Of a stretch of DNA of 64,000 bases, positions 18,419-28,002 are shown piece by piece. Each line of letters opens with the position of its first letter. Position 1 is the first letter of the stretch. Both the position numbers and the translations under genes were made by a program. The stretch comes from a virus (lineage: Duplodnaviria > Heunggongvirae > Uroviricota > Caudoviricetes), in the IMG/VR virus record IMGVR_UViG_3300013200_000006. One strand, given 5' to 3'. The notes beneath the pieces are model-generated. The model did no database searches, was not told the origin of the DNA, and saw only the letters and a list, made by a program, of their open reading frames with translations.

Positions 18419-19165
18419 TCATACCCGCGGGCAAATCCACAGGTACGTCGCATCATCAAATCCACCGCTACCCCCGGCAAACCGCGCACCAAGACCCTCA
18501 CGCGCCAGCTTCGGCCAGCCATCACTGTGGAGAACCAACTCCGGATCGGGGGACTGCACTACAATCTCCTCCACCGCCAGAGGACTAGTCATACCGTACT
18601 GCACAACCGGATACCCGCCTGATGCATTCGCCATGGCACGAGTCTTGCGGTACACATCACGCCGAGCTGAGTCGAAACCGTCACCGGGGGTAAGCCCTGC
18701 AACGTCTGACTGATTACGTGCCTCAAATTGTGCAAACACCGGCTCTGACAAAGCCCCGTCTACTACTACTACGCCGGTGCTGTCTCTGACCTGCCAGGCA
18801 ACATCGGCGGACTGGATTAGGCGAACCTGCGTATCAGACACGTGTGCCAGAACCATCGCCGCGCTTGGCGGTTCCCACGGGTTTCGTAGGTCGAGTGGGC
18901 CGACACGGCGGGTTGCTTGCATGACTGCTTCGTGTAGGAGTTCACGCAAGTCCACCTTATCGTCTGCGTCTGCGGCCAAACTATGCAACGCGGCGGTAAT
19001 ATGTGCGGTGAACGAGGCAACCACGCCACCATCGTCACTGGAGTTATCAGGCACGAGAGACGTGGCACCGTCAATAACCCAGGCGAAGCTGCCTTGTGTC
19101 CCTGAGCTGTCCTCGTAATACGGCTTGGTGCCTTGAATGTGTAAGTTCTGTATGACGTTTAGCAT
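18419..19165 (-). CDS. hypothetical protein, possible PP2C-like (PPM) phosphatase fold
   Basis: FAWVIDGATS and LVLHSDGWPK resemble PPM motifs; weak. Confidence 0.3.
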   Translation of the reverse strand: MLNVIQNLHIQGTKPYYEDSSGTQGSFAWVIDGATSLVPDNSSDDGGVVASFTAHITAALHSLAADADDKVDLRELLHEAVMQATRRVGPLDLRNPWEPPSAAMVLAHVSDTQVRLIQSADVAWQVRDSTGVVVVDGALSEPVFAQFEARNQSDVAGLTPGDGFDSARRDVYRKTRAMANASGGYPVVQYGMTSPLAVEEIVVQSPDPELVLHSDGWPKLAREGLGARFAGGSGGFDDATYLWICPRV

Positions 19166-19393
19166 GCTTTTCCCTTCTATTGTTTTCCGACTTCAGTATA
19201 GATGGACTCCTTCGCTCTCACGGGTAGGATTTCAATGAAGTATTGAACGAAACCCTTGATATGGAGTTTGGTCCTGAAACGTGGATAAAAAAGGGGGGGA
19301 GTAACAGTTTAACAGTTGCGTCCTTGGCGTGTAGTAGGCTAAGGTAGAAGACAAGGTGGATGAAAACTCCATAGTTGCCCCATAAACCTGCTG

Positions 19394-19669
19394 TTCGTGA
19401 AGTCTTTTCCCCGCACACGCGGGGTTGTTCCCCGCACCATCGAAAGCGGCCTCACCGGCGAAACCTTTTCCCCGCACACGCGGGGTTGTTCCCATACTTG
19501 TTAATGTGTTCGATTGAGTGACGGACTATTCCCCGCATACGCGGGGTTGTTCCCAGCTCAGCGGCGGTGATCCCATAGCCGGTCGCCTTTTCCCCGCTCC
19601 TGCGGGGTTGTTCCCCTTGGGCGCAGCCGTAGCCACTCCCAATGTCAGAGTATTTCCCACATACGCGGG
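19394..19669 (+). CRISPR. orphan mini-CRISPR array, 4 full repeats + degenerate terminal repeat, type I-E-like 29-nt repeat CTTTTCCCCGCACACGCGGGGTTGTTCCC
   Basis: repeats at 19394-19422, 19455-19483, 19515-19543, 19577-19605, degenerate 19641-19669; spacers 32, 31, 33, 35 nt; CCCCGC-NNNN-GCGGGG stem-loop like Cas6e substrates; AT-rich candidate leader 19200-19393; no cas genes in window. Confidence 0.8.
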
Positions 19670-19677
19670 GTCGCCCT

Positions 19678-22302
19678 CTAAATCACACCCGCATCCATGG
19701 CAGCACGAGCAATCTTATTCCCCAACGCCGCGCGAGTGGTCCGCCACTGTGTGTAGTACTGGTCGTAAAGTTCGTTGTCTACGCGGTCGCGGCCAAAGAC
19801 CATAGCATTGATCTGTGCCCAGCCTGCGTCCCAGGTTTGTACCTGGAATCGTGGGGTTACCGTGTCAAAGGTGGAGCGCTTGGCAAATGAGGCTTCGATG
19901 ATTTCCCACGCGAGGTCGAGTAGTGCGCGGGCCTTGGTGGAGATGTTTTCGTTGTGGTCGGTAAGCCAGCGGTGTACTAGCCGGTCGTTTTCTCCTATTG
20001 CGTCGGCTTCGATGGTGCGGTTGCGGTGCTGTTGGGCAAGTTCCACTATCTTGTTGTGGTCGAAGGGGAAGAACTCGTTAACCACGCGATAGGTTTGTCC
20101 ATTGTACTCATAGTCACGCAGACTGGTCTGTTTCGATTGCCGGTCGAACAGCGAATACACCATGCAATCCGTGATGAACTCATCGGTGAGCAGAGACTCA
20201 GGAGGCCGGGTGAAAACATCCTTATCCCGCACCCACAGCAACTTTTGTTGCGCGACAACTTCCTGCACCGAGCGGCGAGTACTGAACGTGACAGCGGCGC
20301 GTTCTAAGTTGTCTGAGGTTACTGTATACCCTCCCGCGTTACCGAAAATCATTGAGTACATTCCAGTATAACCGTCGGCATATTGTACGTTGGAACTATG
20401 AGCGTGCAGCCCTCCTACCCACCCAGACCATGCGGACGGACGTTGCTTGGAAGTTGGCTCATCGTACCCATTCTTTGTCATAAGAGCACAGGGGTCTTTG
20501 CTGTCACTTGGCTTAATGTCTCTGAACCAGGAACTTAAATCTTCTCCTTTGGGTACGGACTTGGACTCCCACGTGGTGAGTTCCTTAATCTCAAGTGCCG
20601 AATCAGACCTCAACACGTCGTACTTGAACTCCCGTTGGTTCGTTCCACCAATCTCGAAGTGCGAGAACACAATCCCCCACGTGGAACTGGTTCCAGAGAA
20701 CTCGCCTGCGTTCATCATAAACCCGTCGTGATAAGTGAACTCAGAAGTCAGTTCGTCCACGAATTTGCCGAAGTTTGGGCTAGTCAAAACCGTTTTGTTG
20801 AAGAAGAAGCAAATGTGGAAGTTAGCGGTGTAGCCGAATACCTTGGCTAACTCCTTCGTACGCCAGATGAACTGGGTATAGAGTTCCCACTTCGCCTTAT
20901 TAAGACCTTCCATTAGATCCCCAACTGCGGTGTTTGAAATGGTTGTCTTTCTCCCCTCGGCTTTGGTTCCATTTCCATGCTGCCCATACGGCGGATTGGC
21001 GAAGAATACGATCGGCTTGTTTGCGGCGAGTGCTTCCACCAGCCCCAGCAGCATTTTGAGTTTCCCGGCGCGGGCTAGTTCCAGTGCTTTGTCCGCGGTC
21101 ATGTCGTCCTCGTGGAGCACCATGTCGTCGTTCAAGAAATCATACTGGAACTTGGTGGCTTCCGGGTTGTAGTCGGCGGCAATGTCTAGTTCTTCTTGGA
21201 ACAGGGTGGAGCAGTACAGTTCCTTGAATCGGTAGTCGCGGGTGAGGTTCAGGGTGCCGCAGGCCGGGTCAACGACCACGTAGTTGTCTTTCCAGTTATC
21301 GCCCAGTGCGTCCTCAATGTACTCGTGAGCCTTATCCACCCACCGCGGCGGTGTCCAAAAATCACCAGTAAAACGTCGGTCAGTTTCTTCAATTAAAGTG
21401 TCAGCCACCTCAGTCAGCGACTTCAACTCCACCAACGTATAGTCACCCACCACGTACTGCGACCAGAATTGCTCAAAACGATACGTATCCAGGGTCAGGT
21501 GCTTGTCGCCTACAACAAGCGTGTTTGGCTTTTTGGGGTGAGCGTAAATGTCACTGTTGCCGCGGAGAATGTCAATAAAGAGGGAAATCTCGTCTTTGTT
21601 CTTCAGCCCCGTAGCATCGGTGCCGAGTACTTCCATTTTGAAGCGAGTAAATACATGATCCATGGACTCTTTGTTGATAGGTACACGCAGTGGTTTGGTG
21701 CGCTGCCCCATGGCGTCGACGGCCCATAGGAACATGTTGGGGTCGAAGCCTGCTTGGATGTCGTGGACGTAGACGTGGTGGAGGTTGGAGTCTTGGATGA
21801 GGTCTGCAAGCAGTGTGGCGTCTTGATGCATGGTGGATGCGGAGTAGTTGTGCCACGGGTAGGTGTCGTTGGTGGTGTATTTGTCGAGTTTGTTGGCGGG
21901 CATGGCGAAGATTTCGTCGGTGTCGCAGATGACGACGACGGAGGGTGTGCGTGCTCCGGTGGTGGGGAGGTTGCGGAGGTACCAGCAGACTTGGGCGTAG
22001 ACTGTGGCGCGGTCTTTTTTGTTTGCGGAGAGGTTGAGGTCACGTTTTGCTTCGACGAGGAGTGCGTAGGGTGTGGTGGTGTCGGTGATTTCGATGTAGC
22101 CGTCGGTGTTGTTGCGGTAGTCGTGGGTGATGGTGGCTTCGGGGTGGATTTTTTTGAGTCCGGTGGTCAGGAGGGTGTTGACGGCGCTTTCGACGGCTTT
22201 TTCTACGTCGCCGGTGTGGTGGGCGTGGGCGAGGGTTTCGATGAAGTGGTCGGTTTGGGTTTGGGTGAGGATTTGGTGGTGTGTGGGGGCGTAGGTGGGC
22301 AT
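19678..22302 (-). CDS. MmeI-family Type IIL/IIG restriction-modification fusion enzyme (PD-ExK endonuclease + gamma-class N6-adenine methyltransferase + TRD)
   Basis: N-terminal GYIEITD...ALLVEAKRDL matches MmeI endonuclease motif (GFVDLFW...LLIEMKSRGKDL); motif I VVVDPACGT; motif IV FFANPPYG; 874 aa comparable to MmeI. Confidence 0.7.
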   Translation of the reverse strand: MPTYAPTHHQILTQTQTDHFIETLAHAHHTGDVEKAVESAVNTLLTTGLKKIHPEATITHDYRNNTDGYIEITDTTTPYALLVEAKRDLNLSANKKDRATVYAQVCWYLRNLPTTGARTPSVVVICDTDEIFAMPANKLDKYTTNDTYPWHNYSASTMHQDATLLADLIQDSNLHHVYVHDIQAGFDPNMFLWAVDAMGQRTKPLRVPINKESMDHVFTRFKMEVLGTDATGLKNKDEISLFIDILRGNSDIYAHPKKPNTLVVGDKHLTLDTYRFEQFWSQYVVGDYTLVELKSLTEVADTLIEETDRRFTGDFWTPPRWVDKAHEYIEDALGDNWKDNYVVVDPACGTLNLTRDYRFKELYCSTLFQEELDIAADYNPEATKFQYDFLNDDMVLHEDDMTADKALELARAGKLKMLLGLVEALAANKPIVFFANPPYGQHGNGTKAEGRKTTISNTAVGDLMEGLNKAKWELYTQFIWRTKELAKVFGYTANFHICFFFNKTVLTSPNFGKFVDELTSEFTYHDGFMMNAGEFSGTSSTWGIVFSHFEIGGTNQREFKYDVLRSDSALEIKELTTWESKSVPKGEDLSSWFRDIKPSDSKDPCALMTKNGYDEPTSKQRPSAWSGWVGGLHAHSSNVQYADGYTGMYSMIFGNAGGYTVTSDNLERAAVTFSTRRSVQEVVAQQKLLWVRDKDVFTRPPESLLTDEFITDCMVYSLFDRQSKQTSLRDYEYNGQTYRVVNEFFPFDHNKIVELAQQHRNRTIEADAIGENDRLVHRWLTDHNENISTKARALLDLAWEIIEASFAKRSTFDTVTPRFQVQTWDAGWAQINAMVFGRDRVDNELYDQYYTQWRTTRAALGNKIARAAMDAGVI

Positions 22303-22396
22303 GGTTTTCTTTCTTTTTAGGGGTTGTTTCTGGGTTTAGTGTAGCATGGTTTTTGATACGTAGAAAAATATACGCGCAAAGTTTTTAGGGAATAAA

Positions 22397-23755
22397 ATGC
22401 TCGAAAAGTTTATCAACAAACTCACCACACCCACCTATCCTGCCAACAAACCCATGTTCTACCCCGGCTACATCAAACGCACAGACGGCCTCGATGTAGA
22501 CAACACTCTTACCCAACTTAACGCTAACTACGCCACCAACCCTGACCACATCCATGGCACTTTCCACCGGCTTGCCTCCATCAGTGATCTCGAACCCATA
22601 CTCTACAATCACTGCACCAACAACCCCACCTCCATAGGAAACTGGCTCCCACCCCTGCTCAAAGCACACCGCGGGCTTAACAACCCTGCCCTCCATATCC
22701 CAGCAACACGCACCATCCGCCTTGATCACGAGCTTGCCCAGTACCTGCGCGTTGAATTCGCAGATACCAACACACTTAGCCAACGTATCCTCGATGCTTA
22801 TCTTTTCAACGAACTAAAACTCGACGATACTGATTACTTCATCAAAACCGGCACCTTCTCCGGCAAATTCCAATTCGCCAACGCCCACTGCACAGAACCA
22901 GACGAAATCGGACAATACTTCCACGTCATCAACAACTTCGCCATGTCCGTCGGTGCCGGAGAAACCACCGACCTCGCCATACGCGACTACGTTCCCGACA
23001 CTCGCCAAAGTGCGCCCACAATTTACAACGGGATGCCACTGCGCTGCGAATACCGTCTCTTCATCGACTTTGGCGACAATACAGAGGCACAAAACTATAC
23101 CGAACCCACCCGGCGCGCGGCGTATGCCCATAAGTTCGCTGACCCGCACAAGCCTGACGACAACTGTCCCGCCCACATTATGGGAATTACGCATTATTGG
23201 CACCGCAGAGTTATGCGGCAACACTTCGCCATGCTCAACAACCCCGAATTTGCCGGATACAGCGGCATTAACCCCAAGGACGCTGCCACCTACCGCGCAT
23301 ACGAATCCGAGCTTGACGCCCAATTTGACCAGCATCTAGACAGTGTGCGCGCCGGGGTGGAAGAGTTGCTGCCCGGAATGTATGCGGAGGGTTTTCGCGG
23401 CCAGTGGAGTGTGGACGTTATGGTGAACGCTGCTGATACGGGGGAGGTTGTGTTGTACCTGATTGATATGGCGCTGATGTGCGAGTCTGCGTTGTCTGAT
23501 GAGCTTGATACTGTTGATGAGTTGCGTTATGTGCCGGTGGAGGATATTCGCGCCGCGGCAGGGCGTAAGGTTCTGTGGTATGCCCCGGCTCCGGATTTTG
23601 TGCCGGGCAGTGTTGTCGATGGGCACGGTGTGGCGCACGAGTTTGTGCAAGGAAGTGCCGAAAAGGCGTTGCGGTGGGGTGTTGAGAAAAATCTTTTGTC
23701 TACGGACGGGTCGTCGGTGCCGTTTTTGGAGACGTTGCCTAGGTCTGCGGATTAG
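22397..23755 (+). CDS. hypothetical protein, possible ATP-grasp-like nucleotide-binding loop
   Basis: FIKTGTFSGKF resembles ATP-grasp phosphate loop; otherwise unrecognised; divergent from RM gene. Confidence 0.3.
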   Translation: MLEKFINKLTTPTYPANKPMFYPGYIKRTDGLDVDNTLTQLNANYATNPDHIHGTFHRLASISDLEPILYNHCTNNPTSIGNWLPPLLKAHRGLNNPALHIPATRTIRLDHELAQYLRVEFADTNTLSQRILDAYLFNELKLDDTDYFIKTGTFSGKFQFANAHCTEPDEIGQYFHVINNFAMSVGAGETTDLAIRDYVPDTRQSAPTIYNGMPLRCEYRLFIDFGDNTEAQNYTEPTRRAAYAHKFADPHKPDDNCPAHIMGITHYWHRRVMRQHFAMLNNPEFAGYSGINPKDAATYRAYESELDAQFDQHLDSVRAGVEELLPGMYAEGFRGQWSVDVMVNAADTGEVVLYLIDMALMCESALSDELDTVDELRYVPVEDIRAAAGRKVLWYAPAPDFVPGSVVDGHGVAHEFVQGSAEKALRWGVEKNLLSTDGSSVPFLETLPRSAD

Positions 23756-24033
23756 TGCTGGTTAATAGGTGTTTCTTTGGTCACTAGGCGGCATACGATT
23801 TTGTCGTGGGCAGTCGTGTTTTCATGATTGTTGAGGTCTTCAATAGTTGGGTACCACTTGTCCGCTAAACGGTACTCATTGTCAACCCAACGCGATACAC
23901 AATACTCGTACTCCATGCCCGCAACCAACTCAAGAAGATCATCCACAGTCGCTAAACATGGCTCCGCGTCTGGGAATTCTTCCAAAAGTTCGATCAGGTC
24001 ACGGGCGGATTGTGGGGTAATGGGAAAATCCAC
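23752..24033 (-). CDS. hypothetical small protein
   Basis: 93-aa ORF. Confidence 0.4.
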   Translation of the reverse strand: MDFPITPQSARDLIELLEEFPDAEPCLATVDDLLELVAGMEYEYCVSRWVDNEYRLADKWYPTIEDLNNHENTTAHDKIVCRLVTKETPINQH

Positions 24034-24044
24034 AACAAACTCCT

Positions 24045-24341
24045 CTAGCGATCCAGGTATTCTGCAGCCGCGGCAAGGAACGACAATCCAATATCCCGAG
24101 CGTCCTGCGGGGAATGCGTGGATGTGTGGCCGTCAAAAGTGGATACGATACCTCCGCTCAAAGCCGGGCGAATCTCAACCCCGTCTTTCGGCTCCCACAC
24201 CGGCTCAAGCTCATTATCATTACTTGGGGCCGGAATGTCCTGTTCAATCAGACCCTCACGATCCAGGGCGTTAAACAACATGTCCGGGTGGGAATCCCAG
24301 TATTCGTCAATGATCTGCTCTACACGACTGCGTGCGTCCAT
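24045..24341 (-). CDS. hypothetical small acidic protein
   Basis: 98-aa ORF. Confidence 0.4.
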   Translation of the reverse strand: MDARSRVEQIIDEYWDSHPDMLFNALDREGLIEQDIPAPSNDNELEPVWEPKDGVEIRPALSGGIVSTFDGHTSTHSPQDARDIGLSFLAAAAEYLDR

Positions 24342-24354
24342 GACCAGTTTTTCT

Positions 24355-24663
24355 TTAATCTAGTTCTTCAAACAACGGGGCCAGGGCGGTGATGTAGCGG
24401 ATCTCTAGCTCCGTAGAGCTATGCACATCCTCAAACTCAAAACACGCGCCCTCGGTGACACCAAAACCTACAAAGCCCTGGTGCAAAGCGTCTTCGATAC
24501 TGTCAAAGCGGCCTTCTTCCACGTCCGCTAACACCAGTTGAAAATCAGTAACCTGGGTTACGGCAATGCAATCTGTAGGCTGCGCCGAACCCTGAAGATC
24601 AGCAACCTGGCTGCGAATATCCTGCGTCGAATCAAGATCAAAAATTTCCATGACCCGAACCAT
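24355..24663 (-). CDS. hypothetical small acidic protein
   Basis: 102-aa ORF. Confidence 0.4.
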   Translation of the reverse strand: MVRVMEIFDLDSTQDIRSQVADLQGSAQPTDCIAVTQVTDFQLVLADVEEGRFDSIEDALHQGFVGFGVTEGACFEFEDVHSSTELEIRYITALAPLFEELD

Positions 24664-24705
24664 AGCACACCAAAAACGCCCACCCCACCTGCTATACTTT
24701 AACTT

Positions 24706-25362
24706 ATGGCAGAAATCGACATCGTATACGAAGCACTCACCAACTGGAAACCATACTCCGGCTTTGAAGGACTAGCACAAGCCCTCGACGACGCTGAAGC
24801 AGACTACGGACTCGAAGGCGACAACCCCCGAATCCCCGTCTGGGTCGCGCCCTTCCAGGCTGAAAACCTTAACCGCGAAGGCGGAGACGGGTATGAATAC
24901 TTCTACAATGACGGCGAAGTAGAAAACGATAACACCTTCTACAAGACACTCACTTGGCTATGCGAAACTCAAGGCTACACACTCAATGACCTGGAAGACG
25001 ACAACAAAGTCAACAATTCACCCTTCCTGCGCTCCCTCACCAACGAGCTTGCAGTAGGGGCCATCAATGGTGTGCTCATCCTTCACGGAAACATCAACTA
25101 CCAAGACCTCACCGACCTCGCCCACAACAACCTCACACTCCACGCACCCGCAGGCATTACTGTAGGCGCATTTGACCCCACATTTGGCGGCGGTTCCTTG
25201 CTAGGTATTGAGCTAGAAAAGGGCGTAGACGTGCCACTTGACCTGTCCCAGTACATATCAGAGATTGTCTACAGTGGTCAAACCCGCTCCAGCTACGGCT
25301 ACTCCGTCAGCGACGTGTACGGCACAAACCCGTCCGACTTGTCCGACTTCAGTATCAAGTAG
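24706..25362 (+). CDS. hypothetical protein
   Basis: 218-aa acidic ORF. Confidence 0.5.
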   Translation: MAEIDIVYEALTNWKPYSGFEGLAQALDDAEADYGLEGDNPRIPVWVAPFQAENLNREGGDGYEYFYNDGEVENDNTFYKTLTWLCETQGYTLNDLEDDNKVNNSPFLRSLTNELAVGAINGVLILHGNINYQDLTDLAHNNLTLHAPAGITVGAFDPTFGGGSLLGIELEKGVDVPLDLSQYISEIVYSGQTRSSYGYSVSDVYGTNPSDLSDFSIK

Positions 25363-25376
25363 AAAGAACATACCAT

Positions 25377-26297
25377 ATGCTATCAGCAGGAATTATTGTC
25401 CTGATTCTCATTATTATCGGCATTCTCGTCATCCTTGACGGGTTCGTCATTGTCCGCACCCGAGAAGCCGCCATCATTGAGCGCCTCGGCAAATTCAATC
25501 ACATTGCTCACGCGGGCCTAAACTTCAAAATCCCAATCATTGACCGCGTACGCGACAAAATTGATCTGCGCGTTCGCCAGTTGGACGTCATGGTCGAAAC
25601 CAAAACGAAGGATAACGTCTTTGTTCAGATCCCCGTCGCCGTCCAATACGAAGTAGTCCAAGGACGCGAGCGCGAAGCCTACTACACACTGTCCGAGCCG
25701 GAAGAGCAGATCGTGGCCTATGTACAAGACAATGTGCGCACATCTGTGGCAACCATGGACTTGGATGAGTCGTTTGCGTCGAAGGACACGATCGCAAAGT
25801 ATGTGGCTGAATCATTGCGCGATAACATGGAGTCTTACGGTTGGAACTTCGTCAACACGCTCGTGACCGATATTCGCCCTGATTCTCGCGTGCGCGAGTC
25901 CATGAACTCCATTAACGCCGCCCAGCGTGAACGTGAAGCTGCTATTGCGCAGGCTGAGGCAGAGAAGATTCGCGTGGTTAAGGAAGCTGAGGGTGCTGCT
26001 GAGGCGAAGAAGCTTGCGGGTCGTGGTGTTGCGGATCAGCGTAAGGAGATTGTTGAGGGTATTGCTCAGCAGTTTGAGTTGCTTCGTGCTGCGGGTGTGA
26101 AGGAGAATCCGGAGTCGTTGATGTTGGTGTCGCAGTATTTGGATGCGATGGTTGATGTGGCGGATAAGTCGCAAGGTAGTGTGATGTTTATGCCGTCTAA
26201 TCCGCAGGGTATGAATGGTTTGTTTGATGGTATGCGGGATGCGTTGTTGTCTGCGGGTCAGGTGCAATCACATTCCGTGCCTACAGTCAACAAGTAA
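25377..26297 (+). CDS. SPFH/band-7 (stomatin/prohibitin-like) membrane protein
   Basis: N-terminal TM, then VIVRTREAAIIERLGKFNHIAHAGLNFKIPIIDRV SPFH core and Ala/Glu-rich coiled coil. Confidence 0.7.
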   Translation: MLSAGIIVLILIIIGILVILDGFVIVRTREAAIIERLGKFNHIAHAGLNFKIPIIDRVRDKIDLRVRQLDVMVETKTKDNVFVQIPVAVQYEVVQGREREAYYTLSEPEEQIVAYVQDNVRTSVATMDLDESFASKDTIAKYVAESLRDNMESYGWNFVNTLVTDIRPDSRVRESMNSINAAQREREAAIAQAEAEKIRVVKEAEGAAEAKKLAGRGVADQRKEIVEGIAQQFELLRAAGVKENPESLMLVSQYLDAMVDVADKSQGSVMFMPSNPQGMNGLFDGMRDALLSAGQVQSHSVPTVNK

Positions 26298-26422
26298 CCG
26301 TTTTTGATCAGTTAGTACCCGTGGCCTGGTAATAGGCTGCGGGTGCTTTTTCTGTTTAAGCAGGGGCTCGTGCTATAGACTAGGGTGTGAAAACCTGCGC
26401 ACAAAGGGAAAGGAACAGGACC

Positions 26423-26743
26423 GTGTCTGATGCCACGTATGTACAAAAGGTTGCCGAGAAAACAACCGACCAGGATGCACGTCTGGTACAAGAAACACTT
26501 GGCCGGGCCACCGCCGCGGTGGAATCGGGGAAAACCTTTCAGGATACGACAATCCCGATTGAGGTTGATCTGATTGACCGGGGCGCAGATACTCCTACTA
26601 CTCGACTGTGCTTGGTTGCGGTGCATTCTTGTTTCGAGGGTTGGGATTCTACTATCGAGTTTTTCTTAGATCGGGAGTACGACAGTGTGCAGGAAGGTCA
26701 AGAGGCTTTGATAGACTGGGTGCTACAAGGCAATTGGCTTTAA
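26423..26743 (+). CDS. hypothetical protein
   Basis: GTG after AAAGGGAAAGGA (track ORF starts at upstream ATG 26387). Confidence 0.45.
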   Translation: MSDATYVQKVAEKTTDQDARLVQETLGRATAAVESGKTFQDTTIPIEVDLIDRGADTPTTRLCLVAVHSCFEGWDSTIEFFLDREYDSVQEGQEALIDWVLQGNWL

Positions 26744-26771
26744 GCTGCGAAAATATACAGAAGGAGTTACT

Positions 26772-26924
26772 GTGGCTTTAGTTCGTGTGACAGAAAAGAT
26801 TGTGTACGAGATCGGTATCCCTGATTCTGTGCCTTCTGATGAGTGGGAGTCGTATTGGGCTGATCAGGAAAATGTTGACCAGTTCGTTGTTGCGGTAGAA
26901 GACCGTAGTCTAGAGGAGGCATAG
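26772..26924 (+). CDS. small acidic protein (50 aa), paralog family
   Basis: AAGGAG RBS + GTG; VALVRVTEKIVYEIGIPDSVPSDEWESYW; below track length cut-off. Confidence 0.45.
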   Translation: MALVRVTEKIVYEIGIPDSVPSDEWESYWADQENVDQFVVAVEDRSLEEA

Positions 26925-26931
26925 CTCGCCC

Positions 26932-27093
26932 ATGACTAGGATCGGCATTGTTGAACAGGTTGTCTACGAAATCGACGTCCCTGACGATCTTCCGCGCGAC
27001 GAGTGGGAAGAGTTTTGGGGGAATGTAGAGGACCCAGAGAACTACATTGTTGACGTAGCAGGCCAGGACATTGAAGAGATCTCAGGGTATTAG
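26932..27093 (+). CDS. small acidic protein (53 aa), paralog of previous
   Basis: GAGGAGG RBS; MTRIGIVEQVVYEIDVPDDLPRDEWEEFW. Confidence 0.45.
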   Translation: MTRIGIVEQVVYEIDVPDDLPRDEWEEFWGNVEDPENYIVDVAGQDIEEISGY

Positions 27094-27095
27094 TC

Positions 27096-27284
27096 ATGCC
27101 GATTTTTGAGAGGGAATTCGATTTTGACGTGTGGGGTATCGCCAGCGTGGAGGCGGATTCTGCAGAGGAGGCTGAGGAGCTGATTCGCAAGGCTTTGGGC
27201 GCGGTTCCTACTGTTGATAGTAGCGACGGGGTGCGGATTCGGGGTGTGCAGTGTGTGGGTGTGTTGTTTAATCTGGATGATTAA
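27096..27284 (+). CDS. small acidic protein (62 aa)
   Basis: MPIFEREFDFDVWGIASVEADSAEEAEELIRKALG; resembles 17680-18333 family core. Confidence 0.5.
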   Translation: MPIFEREFDFDVWGIASVEADSAEEAEELIRKALGAVPTVDSSDGVRIRGVQCVGVLFNLDD

Positions 27285-27316
27285 CTCTTATTATCTTTAA
27301 TTAAGGAGAATTAATA

Positions 27317-27490
27317 TGGCAATTTTTGAAAAATAATTCACCTTCGAAGTACGCGGCACCGCCCGCATCGAAGCTAACTCCGCTGACGAGGCAGCAGAAA
27401 TCATCGAGTCCTCCATGGGTGCTGCCCCCGTAGTCGAAGACGGCACAGACATTGACGTAAATAACGTTGAAGTTGAGGGGTCTTTCTGAG
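27317..27490 (+). pseudogene. paralog of 27096..27284 interrupted by in-frame TAA at codon 7
   Basis: TTAAGGAGAATTAAT-ATG strong RBS; MAIFEK-TAA-FTFEVRGTARIEANSADEAAEIIESSMG; TAA (27335-27337) aligns with GAA in paralog. Confidence 0.5.
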
Positions 27491-27537
27491 ATCTAGAAGA
27501 CTAGTTGTCCTATCAGCACTGTATCGTGTACACTGAT

Positions 27538-27686
27538 AGGCGGAAGGCCCAGTGAGCGGATACTTCTTATTGGTTAAGAAAAAATCGCCGCTCCGTTTTC
27601 CTTCCACTGACTTGAGACTTCTCCTCGAAGTGAATGTGGCTTTTACTTTCCTCTTCACCCATTCACTTCGGGGAGTTTTTGTTTAG
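27538..27686 (+). ncRNA. candidate structured small RNA A with promoter and intrinsic terminator
   Basis: TTGTCC-18-TACACT promoter-like (27506-27535) overlapping palindrome CCTATCAG...CTGATAGG; nested helices GGAAGG/CCTTCC and GAGCGG/CCGCTC; 16-bp terminator stem 27622-27676 + U-tract. Confidence 0.4.
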
Positions 27687-28002
27687 CGTATTTGGTCCGT
27701 AATCCAACAAGAAGCGATTAATACAAGAAAAGGCCAACAGGCGCTTTCGTCCTGCTGACCTTTTCAACTCATGACAAGGGAACCTGTCCTTGCCTTCTCC
27801 GTCTCTTACCCTACATGATTTTTGAGTTAAAGGCCAAATGTGTGTCTGGCTCAGCGTGTCGCTGGGGATCAATGTATGCTCCCAAAGCGTATATTATGCG
27901 AGAACCTACAGGTCAGGATCTAGAATTCCTCGTTTCCGGCCACACTTTTTAATCCTTAACCTTGCATTTGACACGCTTATTGTGTGTACTGTAAGGTAAA
28001 AG

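Noticed and set aside
19218-19495. Minus-strand ORFs of 66 and 87 aa across the CRISPR leader and repeats
   Set aside because: They are created by repeat periodicity. The region is better explained as a CRISPR array with its leader.
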